From positions 99,441 through 163,440 of the forward strand of contig JAVJQW010000048.1 of the NCBI GenBank assembly GCA_040218735.1: DNA of 64,000 nucleotides. The letters run 5' to 3'. Below are positions 9,974 through 19,865 of this stretch, piece after piece. Within the stretch, counting starts at the first letter, position 1; every line of letters begins with the position of its first letter. Below the pieces are notes generated by a model. The model was not told the DNA's origin and did not search any database. It was given only the letters and a program-made list of their open reading frames with translations. A program made the translations under genes and the position numbers. This DNA comes from Deltaproteobacteria bacterium (GTDB lineage Bacteria > Myxococcota > Kuafuiibacteriia > Kuafuiibacteriales > Kuafuiibacteriaceae).

Positions 9974-12900
9974 CAGTACACGCCGCTCCCGGCGCGCGGA
10001 CGCAGCGCACGCTCTGCGGGGGTGGCCGGCGCGCGTCGCCAGTGCGCGATCTTCAGGGCGGCCGGAAGGAGCGTCAGGTCGAAGATCAACCCGAACACCA
10101 GGATGCTCGCCGACATCGAGCCGAACTTCGCGGACACCTTGTAGTCGGCGAGCATGAAGATCGAAAAGCCGACGACGAGGATGATCGTCGTGAAGAGCAT
10201 CGCCTTGCCGCTGTGGTGCATCGCTTCGAGGACGGCGGCGTCGTGGTCTCCGCTGCGCTCGCGCGCGGTGCGGTAGCGCGCCATGAAGTGCAGCGTGTCG
10301 TCGACGACGATCCCCATCGCGACGCAACACGAGACGATCGCCGAGATGTCCATCGTCTGCCCGCGCACCGCGATGAGCCCGAGCATGACGCCGACCGGGA
10401 GGACGTTCGCGATGCACGCCGGCAGCCCGATGCGGAAGGAGCCCGCCGCGAGGAGCACGAGGAGGGAGATGACCAGGACCGCGGAGCCGACGTTCTTCAC
10501 GAAGCCCGCCGCGATCTCCGTGACCGTGTTCGTCACGAGCCAGCTCTTGGAGGTGATCGTGAGCTCGAGGCCCGGCACGTTCGTCGCCGCCCACGCGTCG
10601 AGCCGATCGCCCCACGCGAGCAGCCACGTGCTGGTCTGGCTCTCGAGCCGCAGGTCCAGCACCGTCGCGGCCTCGTCGGAGCTGACGCGGTGGCTGAGGT
10701 TGCGCCCGGCTTCGAGGCTGAACGTGAACGCGTCGTAGTGCGCGGAGATCGTTTCGTCGTCCTCGGGCAGGCGATAGGACGCCGGTTCGTCCTGGTGCAT
10801 GACGCGGTTCATGCGGCGGTGGATGTCGGTGAGGCTCACGACCGACTTCACCTCGGGCATCGCTTCGAGGTGCGCTTCGAGGGCGGCGACGGCTTCGAGG
10901 TGCTCCGCGCTGCGGACGCCGCCGGGGGTCTTCGTGTCGGCGACGATCTGAAGTCCGTAGGCGCCGGAAAGCTCGCGTTCTTCGATGAGGTTGGTCGCGA
11001 TGAGGATCGGTGCGTCGTCGCGGAACGCGCCGAGCTCGCTCGCTTCGAAGCGGAGGTCGGAGAGGCCGACGAGGGCCAGCACGATCGCTCCCGCGCCGAC
11101 GGCGAGGATCGGGCTGGTGTTGTGGTTGACCCACCGGCCGAAGGCACCGAGGGCACGGTCGACGACGCCGTCGAAACGCGCGAGCCACGGTCGTTCGATG
11201 GCGGCCTTGGGCACGGGCAACAGGCCGAGCAGCGCGGGCATCAACGTGAACGAGAGGACAAACGCGGTGAGCACGCCGATGCCCGCGATCCACCCGAACG
11301 TCGCGACCGGCACGACCTTGCTCGTGCACAGCGAGAAGAAACCCAGGCTCGTCGACGCCGACGTCCACAGGCACGGCATGAAGTTGTCGCGCACCGCGTG
11401 CTCGGTCGCGAGGGGCACCGAGTCTCCGCCGCGCAGGCGATCGGCGTAGGTGTTGAAGAGGTGCACGGCGTCGCCGATGCACGCGGCGAGCACGACCTGT
11501 GGGCCGACCACGGTCATGTTGTTGAGCGACGCGCCGAGGTGCCCGGCGAGGCCCATCGAGAACCCGATCGCGGCGACGACGAGGCCCAGCGGGACGAGCA
11601 ACCCGGCGGGGCGTCGGTAGACCACGATCAGCATGATCGCGAGGACCGCGAAGAAGAGCGGGAGCAGCCGGTCGATTTCCCGCTGCGCGTACTCCTCCAT
11701 CACCGTCTCCTGCACGATGCTCCCCGTGAGGTGTACGCCGAAGCCGGTCTCGGCCTTGGCCTCGTCGATCACGGCGCGCAGGTCGTTCGTCACGCGCTTC
11801 GAACGCTCCAGCGCGCCGTCGTCGCTCGGCTGGTGCACCGCGACGACGAAGAGCGTCGCGTCGAGCGCCGGATTCAACACCGCGCCGAAGGCCGGCGGAT
11901 CCGGCGGGCGCGTCATCAGGTGCTGTAGCTCGGCGATGCGTCGCGGCTGCATCGGGAGCGCGAGCGGGGAGGGCCGTGTCCGCGCGAACGTCGTGAGGAG
12001 CTCGCGCGCTTCGCGCGGGCCCTCGATCTCGGCGGCGAGTGCCTCGGCGAGATCCGGCGCGATGAACACGTCGCCGTAGGGGGCGAGCGCATCCTGGGTC
12101 GCGGGGAACGCGGCGACGAATGCGGCCGTGGTCATGCGCGGATCGGTCGGCGGCGCGACGGCGGCGCTCACGCTGAAGGCGTCGTCGGACGGCATCTCCA
12201 GGTGGCTGGTCTGGTCGGGGTGCAGGTAGACCTCGGCGGCGTCGATCTCGGCGCCCTCGGGATCGAAGAGGCGGATCGCGGCGGCCGTCGTGCAGGTCGG
12301 CGTGGTGCGTTCCCAGTCGCAGTACTGACCTGCGCCGCAGCCCGCGTCGCAGGCGGTCGGCGCCGCGATCGCGATGTCTTCGAAGCGCGCGGAGGCCCCG
12401 GCGGCGATCGCGCCGAGCTCGCGCTCGCCGATGCGCGCCACGACGTCGAAGCGGAAGCCGTTGGTGATCGCGACGGCGGCGCGCTCGTCGCCGGAGGGTG
12501 CGCGGTCGACGAAGGTCTTCGCGGGCGTGCGGCGGTGACGGGCCACGACCTCGCCGCGTTCGAAGACGTACAGATCGCCGTCGTCGCCGAGCGTGTAGAG
12601 GCGGTCGCCTTCCAGCGCGACGCGGCGGACGGGGGCGCGGTGGAAGGGGAGCACCGTCCGTTTGCCGTGGGCGAGGAGTGTGACGTCGCGGTCCCGAGAT
12701 CCCGTGACGATGCGGTCGCCGTGGACGGCGATGTCGGTGATCCAGTCGCGGTGCAAGATCTCTTGCGCGACGACGTCGTCGCGGATGGTGTGCAGCGCGC
12801 CGTCCGCCGTCCCGACGTAGAGCGCGCCGTCTGCGGCGGCGACGGCGATCGCGGGGGCGCGCGCGTCGTAGACGAGCTGGGACGTCGCGCCGTGGGCGTA

Positions 12901-13779
12901 GACGCGGCCGTCGTCGTGGGCGGTGTAGAGGGTGCCGTCGTCGACCGCGACGTCGAGGGCGGGGCGGTCGTTCGCGAAGGTGCGGACACGGGTGAAGTCG
13001 GCGTCGTAGACGGAGACCCCGTTGGCGACGACGAAGAGCTGCTCATCGGCGACGATGTGTGTGACGAAGCCGTCGGCCTCGCGGCGCAGGCGTTCCTTCG
13101 CGCCGTCGCGGGTGTAGGCGACGAACGCGTCGAGGGTGCCGACGAGGAGCGCGTCGTCGGTGAGCGCGAGCGCGGAGATCGGGTCCCGCAGGCGCACTAC
13201 GCGCTGGACACCCTCGTGCACGTTCCAGACGCGGACGCTGCGATCGAGCGCCGCGGAGTAGAGGGTCGCGCCGTCCGCGACGAGGTGCTCGACGACGCCG
13301 GTGTGCCCCTCCAGCCGTTCGTGCCGACCGTCCTCGAAGAACACGTCGATCGCGCCGTCGTCGCCGGCTGCCGCGACGAACCCCGCCCCGAACGCGAGCG
13401 CAGCCGATTCGTGCTCCACGCGGTTGGCGCGCGCCACGGAGAAGTTGGTGAGCGCGTCGACCCGTTTGACGCCATCGATCTGCCACAGCCGATCCGCGAG
13501 GCCCTGGATCGCGGCGAGCGCTCCGTTGTGGAAGAGCGATTCGTCGTCCGTCAGCATCACCAGCGCGGTGTCGTCGCTGCCGAACCGGGCGAGGAGCTCG
13601 TCGTACTTCGCGAGGTGCTCCGAGTCTTCCTCGAACCAGATGCGGTAGGTCGTGTCGTACTCGAGCCGCGCAAACCCCGTCGCCGCCAGCACCAGGACCA
13701 CCGCCACGACGCCCAGCACGATCCAGCGCCGCGCGAGAATCGTGTGGGTGTAGCGGGTGAGTAGGTGTGTAGTTTTCAT
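9973..13779 (-). CDS. MMPL/RND family transporter with an inserted WD40-like beta-propeller
   Basis: TM1 followed by YRIWFEED...RFGSDD; two sets of TM helices with IGDAVHL and GIVVDDTLHF motifs; WD-type repeats (LEGHTGVVEHL...SAALDRSVRVWNV) inside the first periplasmic loop. Confidence 0.88.
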   Translation of the reverse strand: MKTTHLLTRYTHTILARRWIVLGVVAVVLVLAATGFARLEYDTTYRIWFEEDSEHLAKYDELLARFGSDDTALVMLTDDESLFHNGALAAIQGLADRLWQIDGVKRVDALTNFSVARANRVEHESAALAFGAGFVAAAGDDGAIDVFFEDGRHERLEGHTGVVEHLVADGATLYSAALDRSVRVWNVHEGVQRVVRLRDPISALALTDDALLVGTLDAFVAYTRDGAKERLRREADGFVTHIVADEQLFVVANGVSVYDADFTRVRTFANDRPALDVAVDDGTLYTAHDDGRVYAHGATSQLVYDARAPAIAVAAADGALYVGTADGALHTIRDDVVAQEILHRDWITDIAVHGDRIVTGSRDRDVTLLAHGKRTVLPFHRAPVRRVALEGDRLYTLGDDGDLYVFERGEVVARHRRTPAKTFVDRAPSGDERAAVAITNGFRFDVVARIGERELGAIAAGASARFEDIAIAAPTACDAGCGAGQYCDWERTTPTCTTAAAIRLFDPEGAEIDAAEVYLHPDQTSHLEMPSDDAFSVSAAVAPPTDPRMTTAAFVAAFPATQDALAPYGDVFIAPDLAEALAAEIEGPREARELLTTFARTRPSPLALPMQPRRIAELQHLMTRPPDPPAFGAVLNPALDATLFVVAVHQPSDDGALERSKRVTNDLRAVIDEAKAETGFGVHLTGSIVQETVMEEYAQREIDRLLPLFFAVLAIMLIVVYRRPAGLLVPLGLVVAAIGFSMGLAGHLGASLNNMTVVGPQVVLAACIGDAVHLFNTYADRLRGGDSVPLATEHAVRDNFMPCLWTSASTSLGFFSLCTSKVVPVATFGWIAGIGVLTAFVLSFTLMPALLGLLPVPKAAIERPWLARFDGVVDRALGAFGRWVNHNTSPILAVGAGAIVLALVGLSDLRFEASELGAFRDDAPILIATNLIEERELSGAYGLQIVADTKTPGGVRSAEHLEAVAALEAHLEAMPEVKSVVSLTDIHRRMNRVMHQDEPASYRLPEDDETISAHYDAFTFSLEAGRNLSHRVSSDEAATVLDLRLESQTSTWLLAWGDRLDAWAATNVPGLELTITSKSWLVTNTVTEIAAGFVKNVGSAVLVISLLVLLAAGSFRIGLPACIANVLPVGVMLGLIAVRGQTMDISAIVSCCVAMGIVVDDTLHFMARYRTARERSGDHDAAVLEAMHHSGKAMLFTTIILVVGFSIFMLADYKVSAKFGSMSASILVFGLIFDLTLLPAALKIAHWRRAPATPAERALRPRAGSGVY

Positions 13780-13804
13780 CGGCGTTCGAGTGACGAGGTT
13801 ACGA

Positions 13805-13820
13805 AGCAACTCGGGGGCCA
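13805..13820 (-). promoter_or_regulatory. Putative sigma54 promoter for the MMPL gene
   Basis: Minus strand TGGCCCCCGAGTTGCT: GG-N10-GC with a consensus TTGCT -12 box, about 25 nt upstream of ATG 13779. Confidence 0.6.
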
Positions 13821-13863
13821 AGCCGTGCCGACCGCCAACTACGCGAAATGGAGCGGAGAAGAT

Positions 13864-13901
13864 CGGGGCACGTGCACCACACGCGGGACACGTGCGCCCC
13901 G
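13864..13901. terminator. Imperfect GC-rich hairpin after the LolA-like gene
   Basis: CGGGGCACGTG...CACGTGCGCCCCG just downstream of the stop at 13907; no clear U-tract. Confidence 0.3.
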
Positions 13902-13906
13902 CGGCG

Positions 13907-14689
13907 TCACTGACGCTGGAGCTGGGCGACCGTGAACATCCGGTCGGGGAGGTCGATGCCGAGCTGATAGCCGCCGCTCGTGACGACCGTCTTGCGCTTG
14001 GTCTGCACGTTCTTGATCTGCGATTTACTCGGGCGCCACTTCCCCTTCACGCGCTGGTACCCCTTCACGAGCATCGTCTTCAGCGGCTTCCCGGCGCGGT
14101 CGTAGAACTCGGTCTTGAGCGGGTAGCCGGCCTTCTTGTCGTAGTACGTCACGGTGCGGGAGTAGCCGCTGTCCGCGAACTTCGGGCGCGCCTCGACCTT
14201 CCAGGTGTCGCGTTTGCCCAGCCGGTGGTCGCCAAGGAGCCGGTAGTCGTACTTGTCGAGCGCTTCGAGCGTCATGTCCTCGTAGCTGACCTCGCTGCCC
14301 TTGAACGACGCGCTCATGCTCCCGCTCCCGATCTGTTTCACGCGGCGCGTCTCGGCCATGTAGAGCCAGCGGCTCTCCTGGCCGTTCTTCTGCTCGTGGG
14401 TGAGGAGCGCCGTGCCCTTGGCGTCGGCGGGGCCCGTGAAGCGCACCAGGCTCTTCGTGGTGCCGTCGCTCTGCTTCGCGCCCTCGCGGTTGAAGGTCAT
14501 CAGCTGGTACTCGGCCACGCGCTCGCCGTGGGCGTCGTACAGCTCCATCTTCGAGGCGAAGCGCTCTCCGCCGAAGCCGACGCTACTGATCTCGTGGGCG
14601 CGCTTCGCGATCTCGTAGGCCGAGGGGGCGGTCTTGGTGGTCGCGGCGGGGGCGGCGAGCAGGGTCAGGACGAGGGCATGGTTCAACAC
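13907..14689 (-). CDS. Outer-membrane lipoprotein-sorting protein (LolA-like)
   Basis: SLVRFTGPADAKGTALL, WLYMAETRRVKQI, SFKGSEVSYEDM and EFYDRAGKPLK motifs. GTG 14689 with AAGGAG RBS upstream. Confidence 0.9.
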   Translation of the reverse strand: MLNHALVLTLLAAPAATTKTAPSAYEIAKRAHEISSVGFGGERFASKMELYDAHGERVAEYQLMTFNREGAKQSDGTTKSLVRFTGPADAKGTALLTHEQKNGQESRWLYMAETRRVKQIGSGSMSASFKGSEVSYEDMTLEALDKYDYRLLGDHRLGKRDTWKVEARPKFADSGYSRTVTYYDKKAGYPLKTEFYDRAGKPLKTMLVKGYQRVKGKWRPSKSQIKNVQTKRKTVVTSGGYQLGIDLPDRMFTVAQLQRQ

Positions 14690-14839
14690 GGGGTGGGGGC
14701 TCCTTTCGTCCGCCGAGTATGTGCGTCCGATGTGCCCGAAATGAAGGCGCGTGCGCGTAGTCGTCGAACGACCGTCGGTCGGCGGTGAGGCATCGCCGCC
14801 ACGTTGACACCGCCTCCGAGTACGCGGCCCCCTGATCTC

Positions 14840-17245
14840 GTGGTGAAGAGGAACGTCGCCGCCGCCTTGCTTCTGTTGTCGTCGTCGTGGGGCTGCGCGG
14901 ACGATGGTTTCGAAGAGGACGTGGCCGGGATCGCGCGCCTCAGCGTGCTGCAAGTCGGCTTGCTCGCGAACGTGATCGCCGAAGACGACCGCTGCGGCTT
15001 CGACGCGGCCGCGGTGCGCGACGCGGTCGAGGTCACGGGCGCGTACGGCGAACGCGGTACGGCGGTCTATCGCGTCGACGACTGCGCGCTCGGCTTCGAC
15101 GCGATCGAGACGGTGCTCGACGGCTGCGGTGCGGAGCCCGTGCGCCTCTCGGGGCGTGCGCGCGTCACGGCCACGCTCGAGATCGACGGCACGGTCACGG
15201 ATCGCGCGAGTGATCCGATCATCCCGGCGGGGCCCGACGCTGCGAAGATCGTACTGGAGCAAGTCGTCTTGCAGGGCTTCACGGCGCGCTTCGAGTCGCG
15301 GAACGCCGAGCTCGTGATGCGCGAGGGGACACTCTCGGCGATCGTGCGACCGCGCCTCGCGAAGGGGAAGGACACCGCGTTCTGCTCCGTGCCCACGCCG
15401 GACGCCGCGGTGACGAGCCTCGTCTACGACGGTGCAAGTCTACTTGCGCGCGAGAAGGGTGAAGCGGTGGTGTTCGTCTCGTCGTCGGATCTGCGCGGGC
15501 AGATCGGGCGCGGCGCCAACAGTGAGAACAGCTTCGGCGGGACGATCTCCATCGGCGGTCAGACCTTCGACCTCCCCGGCGACGTCTCCCCCGCGCTCGA
15601 CGACGGCTACGACCGAGAAGACTTCGTGTCGCGGTTCGCTTGCGATGAAGAGCTCGCGACCCCCGTCCAGTACGACTGCGCGTGCGAGGGCAACGCGTGC
15701 CACCCCGACGCCCCCGTCGCGGACGGCGTCGCGCGCCTGGTGCCGCTGACGTTCGCGCACGTGGTGCGGATGATCGACGAGGACGACCGCTGCGGCTTCG
15801 CCGCGATCACGCCCAGCTACGACGCCGAAGTCGGCCAGCAGGGCACGGCGACGTACGTGTTGCCGTCGTGCACGCTCGACCAACCGATCGAACGCGAGCC
15901 GGACTGCCACGACGTGAGCACCTCGATCTCCGGGCGCGTCGTCGTCTCCGGGCAGCGCACGGTGTACGGCTACCTCACCGGTGACTTCGAGGGGGACCCG
16001 GTGGTTCCCACGCGCGCGGACGCGGCGGCCTTTTCGCTGTCGATCGAGCTGACGGACTTCTACGTCCGCACTTCCTCGGACACGCCGGCGCTGCGGATCC
16101 GTCGCGGGACGCTGACCGGCACGATGCGTCCGCGGCTCGCGCTCGACCCCGAGGAAGGGGCGTGCATCCGCGCGACGCACCACGCGGCGTTCGAGGGGCT
16201 CGAGCTGGTGAATGCGGAGGTAGAGATCATCGATGACCACGAGAGCTTCCCGCTCACCGTGGGGCGCCTCTCGCTCGACGCGGTCGCAGGGACGCTCGGC
16301 GATCGCACGAACACCCTCGCGGGGACGCTCATCTCCGGCGACCAGACCTTCGCGGTGCCGTCCGACGACGGCGGCCTGGATCCGGACTTCGACGCCGCGC
16401 ACTTCGACGCGGGCTTCACGTGTGAGGACCTCGAGTGGCCGACGCCCCCCGAAGCGTGTTCGTTCCGACAGCGCCTCGGGCCCGAGGTTGCCCGTGCGAT
16501 CGCGGCGGTCATGGCCACCGCGACGGGGCGGGTGGTCGAAGATGACATCTGCGGCGTCGAGTCGGCCGCCGCGCAGGTGAGCATGACCGGCGCGGAGGGG
16601 GGCAACGGCACGGTGACCGCGAACGTCGCGGCGTGCACGCTCGAGGAGTCGAGCCTGGAAGCGGTCGGCGACGACTGCCACCGCGACCGCACCTACGTCG
16701 GCGGTCGCGTGACGTTGTCCGGCACCCACGACGCGACGGGGATCATCGTTCGCGAGTCCGGGCGAACCACCGTCGAGCCGCGCACGCGCGAGCCGTACCT
16801 CGACGCGTTCGACGCGACGTTCGACGGGTACCGCCTGTGGACGTTGTCGCGTGATGTGCCGACGCCGCGGATCGAGATCGAGCTGGCGAGCGGCTCGGGG
16901 CACATCGAGCTCGTGCGGGTGATGGGGGAGAACGAAGAGGCGCCGGGGGTCTATGACGTGCCGACGCCGATCGCGGTGGTCCCGCGGGTCACCGCGTCGA
17001 ACGTGGAGGCGATCGTCGCGAGCGAGGGCCGACATTTCGCCGTGCACGTCGATGCCGCCGAGCTGGAGGTGGCGTCCGGGATCTACCAGGGCGTCGGGAA
17101 CTACATCCGCGGCTTCGTGACGATCGACGGCGAGCGTGTCGCGCTGGGGCCCGACACGCCGCTCGACGACACCTACGACCAGACGATCTTCGACAGCTCC
17201 TACGCTTGCGCGCCCGAGCTGCTGGAGCCCGTTCCGCCGAACTGA
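14840..17245 (+). CDS. Cys-containing lipoprotein with three tandem ~250-aa repeats, paralog of 2272-5412
   Basis: Lipobox-like SSWGC; same repeat motifs; matching C-terminus (YDVPTPIA...LDDTYDQTIFDSSYAC vs YDIPTPIA...[16 protein letters not shown]). Confidence 0.8.
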   Translation: MVKRNVAAALLLLSSSWGCADDGFEEDVAGIARLSVLQVGLLANVIAEDDRCGFDAAAVRDAVEVTGAYGERGTAVYRVDDCALGFDAIETVLDGCGAEPVRLSGRARVTATLEIDGTVTDRASDPIIPAGPDAAKIVLEQVVLQGFTARFESRNAELVMREGTLSAIVRPRLAKGKDTAFCSVPTPDAAVTSLVYDGASLLAREKGEAVVFVSSSDLRGQIGRGANSENSFGGTISIGGQTFDLPGDVSPALDDGYDREDFVSRFACDEELATPVQYDCACEGNACHPDAPVADGVARLVPLTFAHVVRMIDEDDRCGFAAITPSYDAEVGQQGTATYVLPSCTLDQPIEREPDCHDVSTSISGRVVVSGQRTVYGYLTGDFEGDPVVPTRADAAAFSLSIELTDFYVRTSSDTPALRIRRGTLTGTMRPRLALDPEEGACIRATHHAAFEGLELVNAEVEIIDDHESFPLTVGRLSLDAVAGTLGDRTNTLAGTLISGDQTFAVPSDDGGLDPDFDAAHFDAGFTCEDLEWPTPPEACSFRQRLGPEVARAIAAVMATATGRVVEDDICGVESAAAQVSMTGAEGGNGTVTANVAACTLEESSLEAVGDDCHRDRTYVGGRVTLSGTHDATGIIVRESGRTTVEPRTREPYLDAFDATFDGYRLWTLSRDVPTPRIEIELASGSGHIELVRVMGENEEAPGVYDVPTPIAVVPRVTASNVEAIVASEGRHFAVHVDAAELEVASGIYQGVGNYIRGFVTIDGERVALGPDTPLDDTYDQTIFDSSYACAPELLEPVPPN

Positions 17246-17298
17246 CGCGCGTCCAAAAGGCTCGCGAATCGGTCCGCGGGCTGCCAGTATCCCGCCCG

Positions 17299-18756
17299 AT
17301 GGCGACACGCCCCAAAGGGATGCGCATCGCGGAGCTCTCGCGGCGCTCCGGGACGACGAAGGAGACGATCCACTTCTATCTGCGCGAAGGTCTGCTTCGG
17401 AAACCGAAGAAGACCAGCCGCAACATGGCGTACTACGACGAGACCCACGTCGAGCAGCTCAAGCTGATCAAACGCCTGCGCACCGAGAGTTATCTCCCGC
17501 TCAGCGTCATCAAGAAGGTCCTCAAGGAGGGCAAGCTCGGCCAGTCGGCGCGGCAGCTCGACCTGTCGGGGGAGCTGTTCGGGCAGGGCGCGCGGACGCA
17601 GCACGAGCCGATCACCAAGAAGGAGCTCGCCGAGCGCTTGGAGATCGACGAGGCCGCGATCGCCGACTTCGAGGCGGCGGGCCTCCTCAAGCCGACGCAG
17701 GACGGGAAGACGAAGCGCTACGGTTACGAGGACCTTCGTGTCGCCGAAATCATCCGCGACGCCCAGCGCGAGGCGGGCGAGGGCGCGGAGTCGCTGGTCA
17801 TCGAGCGCTTCCAAATCCTGGAGCGCCACATGCGCGCGCTGGTGCGCGACGAGGTCTCACACTTCTTCTCGCGCGTGCTCACCGAGGGCGACCCGAAGCG
17901 CGCGCTCGTCATGCTGCGGGGCGGACGCGAGACGCTCGGACGTTACCTCGCCGTGTCGCGCGCCCGGCGCCTGCGGCAGGAGGTCGACGCAATCCTCCCC
18001 AGCCTGGAGGCGGAGGCGACGACGGAGCCGTTCCTCTACCCGCTCCCGGAGGCGCGCGGCGTCGCGCTCGAGGAGCACGAAGCACGCGAGGCGCTGCGCG
18101 CGGCGTTCGACGCTCGGCCCACCGTGCTCAAACGCGCCGTTGCGGTGCTGTCCCACCTGATCGGCGTCGGCGACTCGGCGGCGGCGATCGATCTTTGGGC
18201 GGAGCTTTCGCCCAAGATGCGCGCCGCGCCCGAGGCGCGCGAGGCCTACGCCGAAGCGCTGATCCTCGAGGAGCGGTTCGACGAAGCCTTCGAGTGGATC
18301 CGAAAGCTCCGCGAGGACTCGAGCGGTCCGTACGTCGAGGCGCTGTGGGGGACGATCCAACTCATCCGTGTGCGCGCCGACTTCGCGAAGCTCGAACCGA
18401 GCACCGAGCTGATGGGGTTCTTGTCGCAGGCCTTCGGTGCGTACGACCACGCGCGGCGCGAGCTCCCCGACGACGGCTTCCTGCGCGCCCGAGTGCTGCT
18501 GCTCCTCGGCCGCGTCTGCCTCGCGACGCCCGAGTTCCTCGGTGTGCACGAACAGGGGCGCAAGGACCTGCGCGCCTGCCTCGATGTCGTCCGTCGGCTC
18601 CGGCGCGACGCCGACCGCGATCCGAAGCTGCAACCTCTCTTGCGCGGGCCGTTGTCCCGCGTCGAGTTCAACGCCGTCCACTTCCTGCGCGTTGGGACGG
18701 ACGACCCGGACGAACGTCGTGAGCTCGAGGCCCGCGACGCGGAGCTTCGCTCTTGA
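17299..18756 (+). CDS. MerR-family regulator with two HTH-like units and a TPR-like C-terminus
   Basis: MRIAELSRRSGTTKETIHFYLREGLL...YYDETHVEQLKLIKRL; second unit ITKKELAERLEI...FEAAGLLKP...YGYEDL; helical repeat tail. Confidence 0.85.
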   Translation: MATRPKGMRIAELSRRSGTTKETIHFYLREGLLRKPKKTSRNMAYYDETHVEQLKLIKRLRTESYLPLSVIKKVLKEGKLGQSARQLDLSGELFGQGARTQHEPITKKELAERLEIDEAAIADFEAAGLLKPTQDGKTKRYGYEDLRVAEIIRDAQREAGEGAESLVIERFQILERHMRALVRDEVSHFFSRVLTEGDPKRALVMLRGGRETLGRYLAVSRARRLRQEVDAILPSLEAEATTEPFLYPLPEARGVALEEHEAREALRAAFDARPTVLKRAVAVLSHLIGVGDSAAAIDLWAELSPKMRAAPEAREAYAEALILEERFDEAFEWIRKLREDSSGPYVEALWGTIQLIRVRADFAKLEPSTELMGFLSQAFGAYDHARRELPDDGFLRARVLLLLGRVCLATPEFLGVHEQGRKDLRACLDVVRRLRRDADRDPKLQPLLRGPLSRVEFNAVHFLRVGTDDPDERRELEARDAELRS

Positions 18757-19865
18757 GCACCTTGATGAAGGACCGCCTCGGCCGCGCTGCGATCGACTGC
18801 ATCGCCGAGAACATCGTCCGCGTGATGCCGGCGTTCGATCGACGGGGGTTCGTACGGGCCGCGACGAAGGACTTCGCCGCGCTCGAGCTGAAGGCGCGCG
18901 TCCTCGCGACGATCGAAGCGCTCGCCGCGTACCTGCCGAGTGAACCCGCGGACGCAATCGGCGTGCTGGTCGCGGCGGGGGAGGGGTGGACGCAGGGCGA
19001 CGGCGTGGAGCTCGACTTCGCTTCCTGGCCGGTGATCGACTTCGTGGGGGAGAAGGGCCTCGGCTGCTTCGACGTCTCGATGGAGGCGCTGCGCGCGCTG
19101 ACGCACCTGTTCACCGCGGAGTTCGCGATCCGCCCGTTCATCACGGCGCGCCCGAAGGCGGCACTGAAGTACCTGCGCCGGTGGGTGAAGGACCCGAGCG
19201 CGCCGGTGCGTCGGCTGGTGTCCGAGGGGACGCGTCCGAGGCTCCCGTGGGCGCCGAAGCTGACGGTGTTCGAGGACGACCCGTCGCCGGTGCTCGCGTT
19301 GCTCACGCGTCTGCGCGACGACCCCTCGGAGAGCGTGCGTCGCTCGGTTGCGAACCACCTGAACGATCTGTCGAAGTCACACCCGGCGCTGGTGTTCGAG
19401 ACCTGTCGAGCGTGGCTGGACGGGGCGTCCGACGAGCGTCGCTGGATCGTGCGGCACGCGTTGCGGACGCGCGTGAAGGCGAAGGACCCGGAGGCGCTCG
19501 CGATCCTCGGCTTCGATCCGCGGGTGAAGGTCGAAGTGCAGGGGCTGAAGCTGTCGAAGAAGCGGCTGCGGCTCGGTGAGGACCTCGCGATCGCGTTCGT
19601 CGTGCAGTCGCGGGCGAAGACGGTGCAGCCGCTGGTGATCGACTACGCCGTGCACCACCAGAAGGCGGATGGCTCGATGCGGCCCAAGGTCTTCAAGCTG
19701 CAGACCGTGACGTTGAAGCCGGGCGACGAGGTGGCGGTGTCGAAGACCCACCGACTGCGTCCGATCACCACGCGGAAGTATTACTCGGGGCGGCACGCGG
19801 TGGAGATCCTGATCAACGGCCAGTCGCAGGGCACGGCCGAGTTCGAGTTGAGGGTAGAGTCATGA
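18753..19865 (+). CDS. alkC: DNA alkylation repair glycosylase (AlkC-like, HEAT repeats plus C-terminal Ig-like domain)
   Basis: FTAEFAIRPFI, VRRLVSEGTRPRLPW, VRRSVANHLNDLSK, IDYAVHHQKADG, TTRKYYSGRH. Confidence 0.85.
   Translation: MSTLMKDRLGRAAIDCIAENIVRVMPAFDRRGFVRAATKDFAALELKARVLATIEALAAYLPSEPADAIGVLVAAGEGWTQGDGVELDFASWPVIDFVGEKGLGCFDVSMEALRALTHLFTAEFAIRPFITARPKAALKYLRRWVKDPSAPVRRLVSEGTRPRLPWAPKLTVFEDDPSPVLALLTRLRDDPSESVRRSVANHLNDLSKSHPALVFETCRAWLDGASDERRWIVRHALRTRVKAKDPEALAILGFDPRVKVEVQGLKLSKKRLRLGEDLAIAFVVQSRAKTVQPLVIDYAVHHQKADGSMRPKVFKLQTVTLKPGDEVAVSKTHRLRPITTRKYYSGRHAVEILINGQSQGTAEFELRVES

Noticed and set aside
9974-11482. Upstream half of the 1131-aa ORF 8087-11482
   Set aside because: Arg-rich off-frame read of the MMPL gene; the real protein starts at ATG 9973 with a signal peptide.
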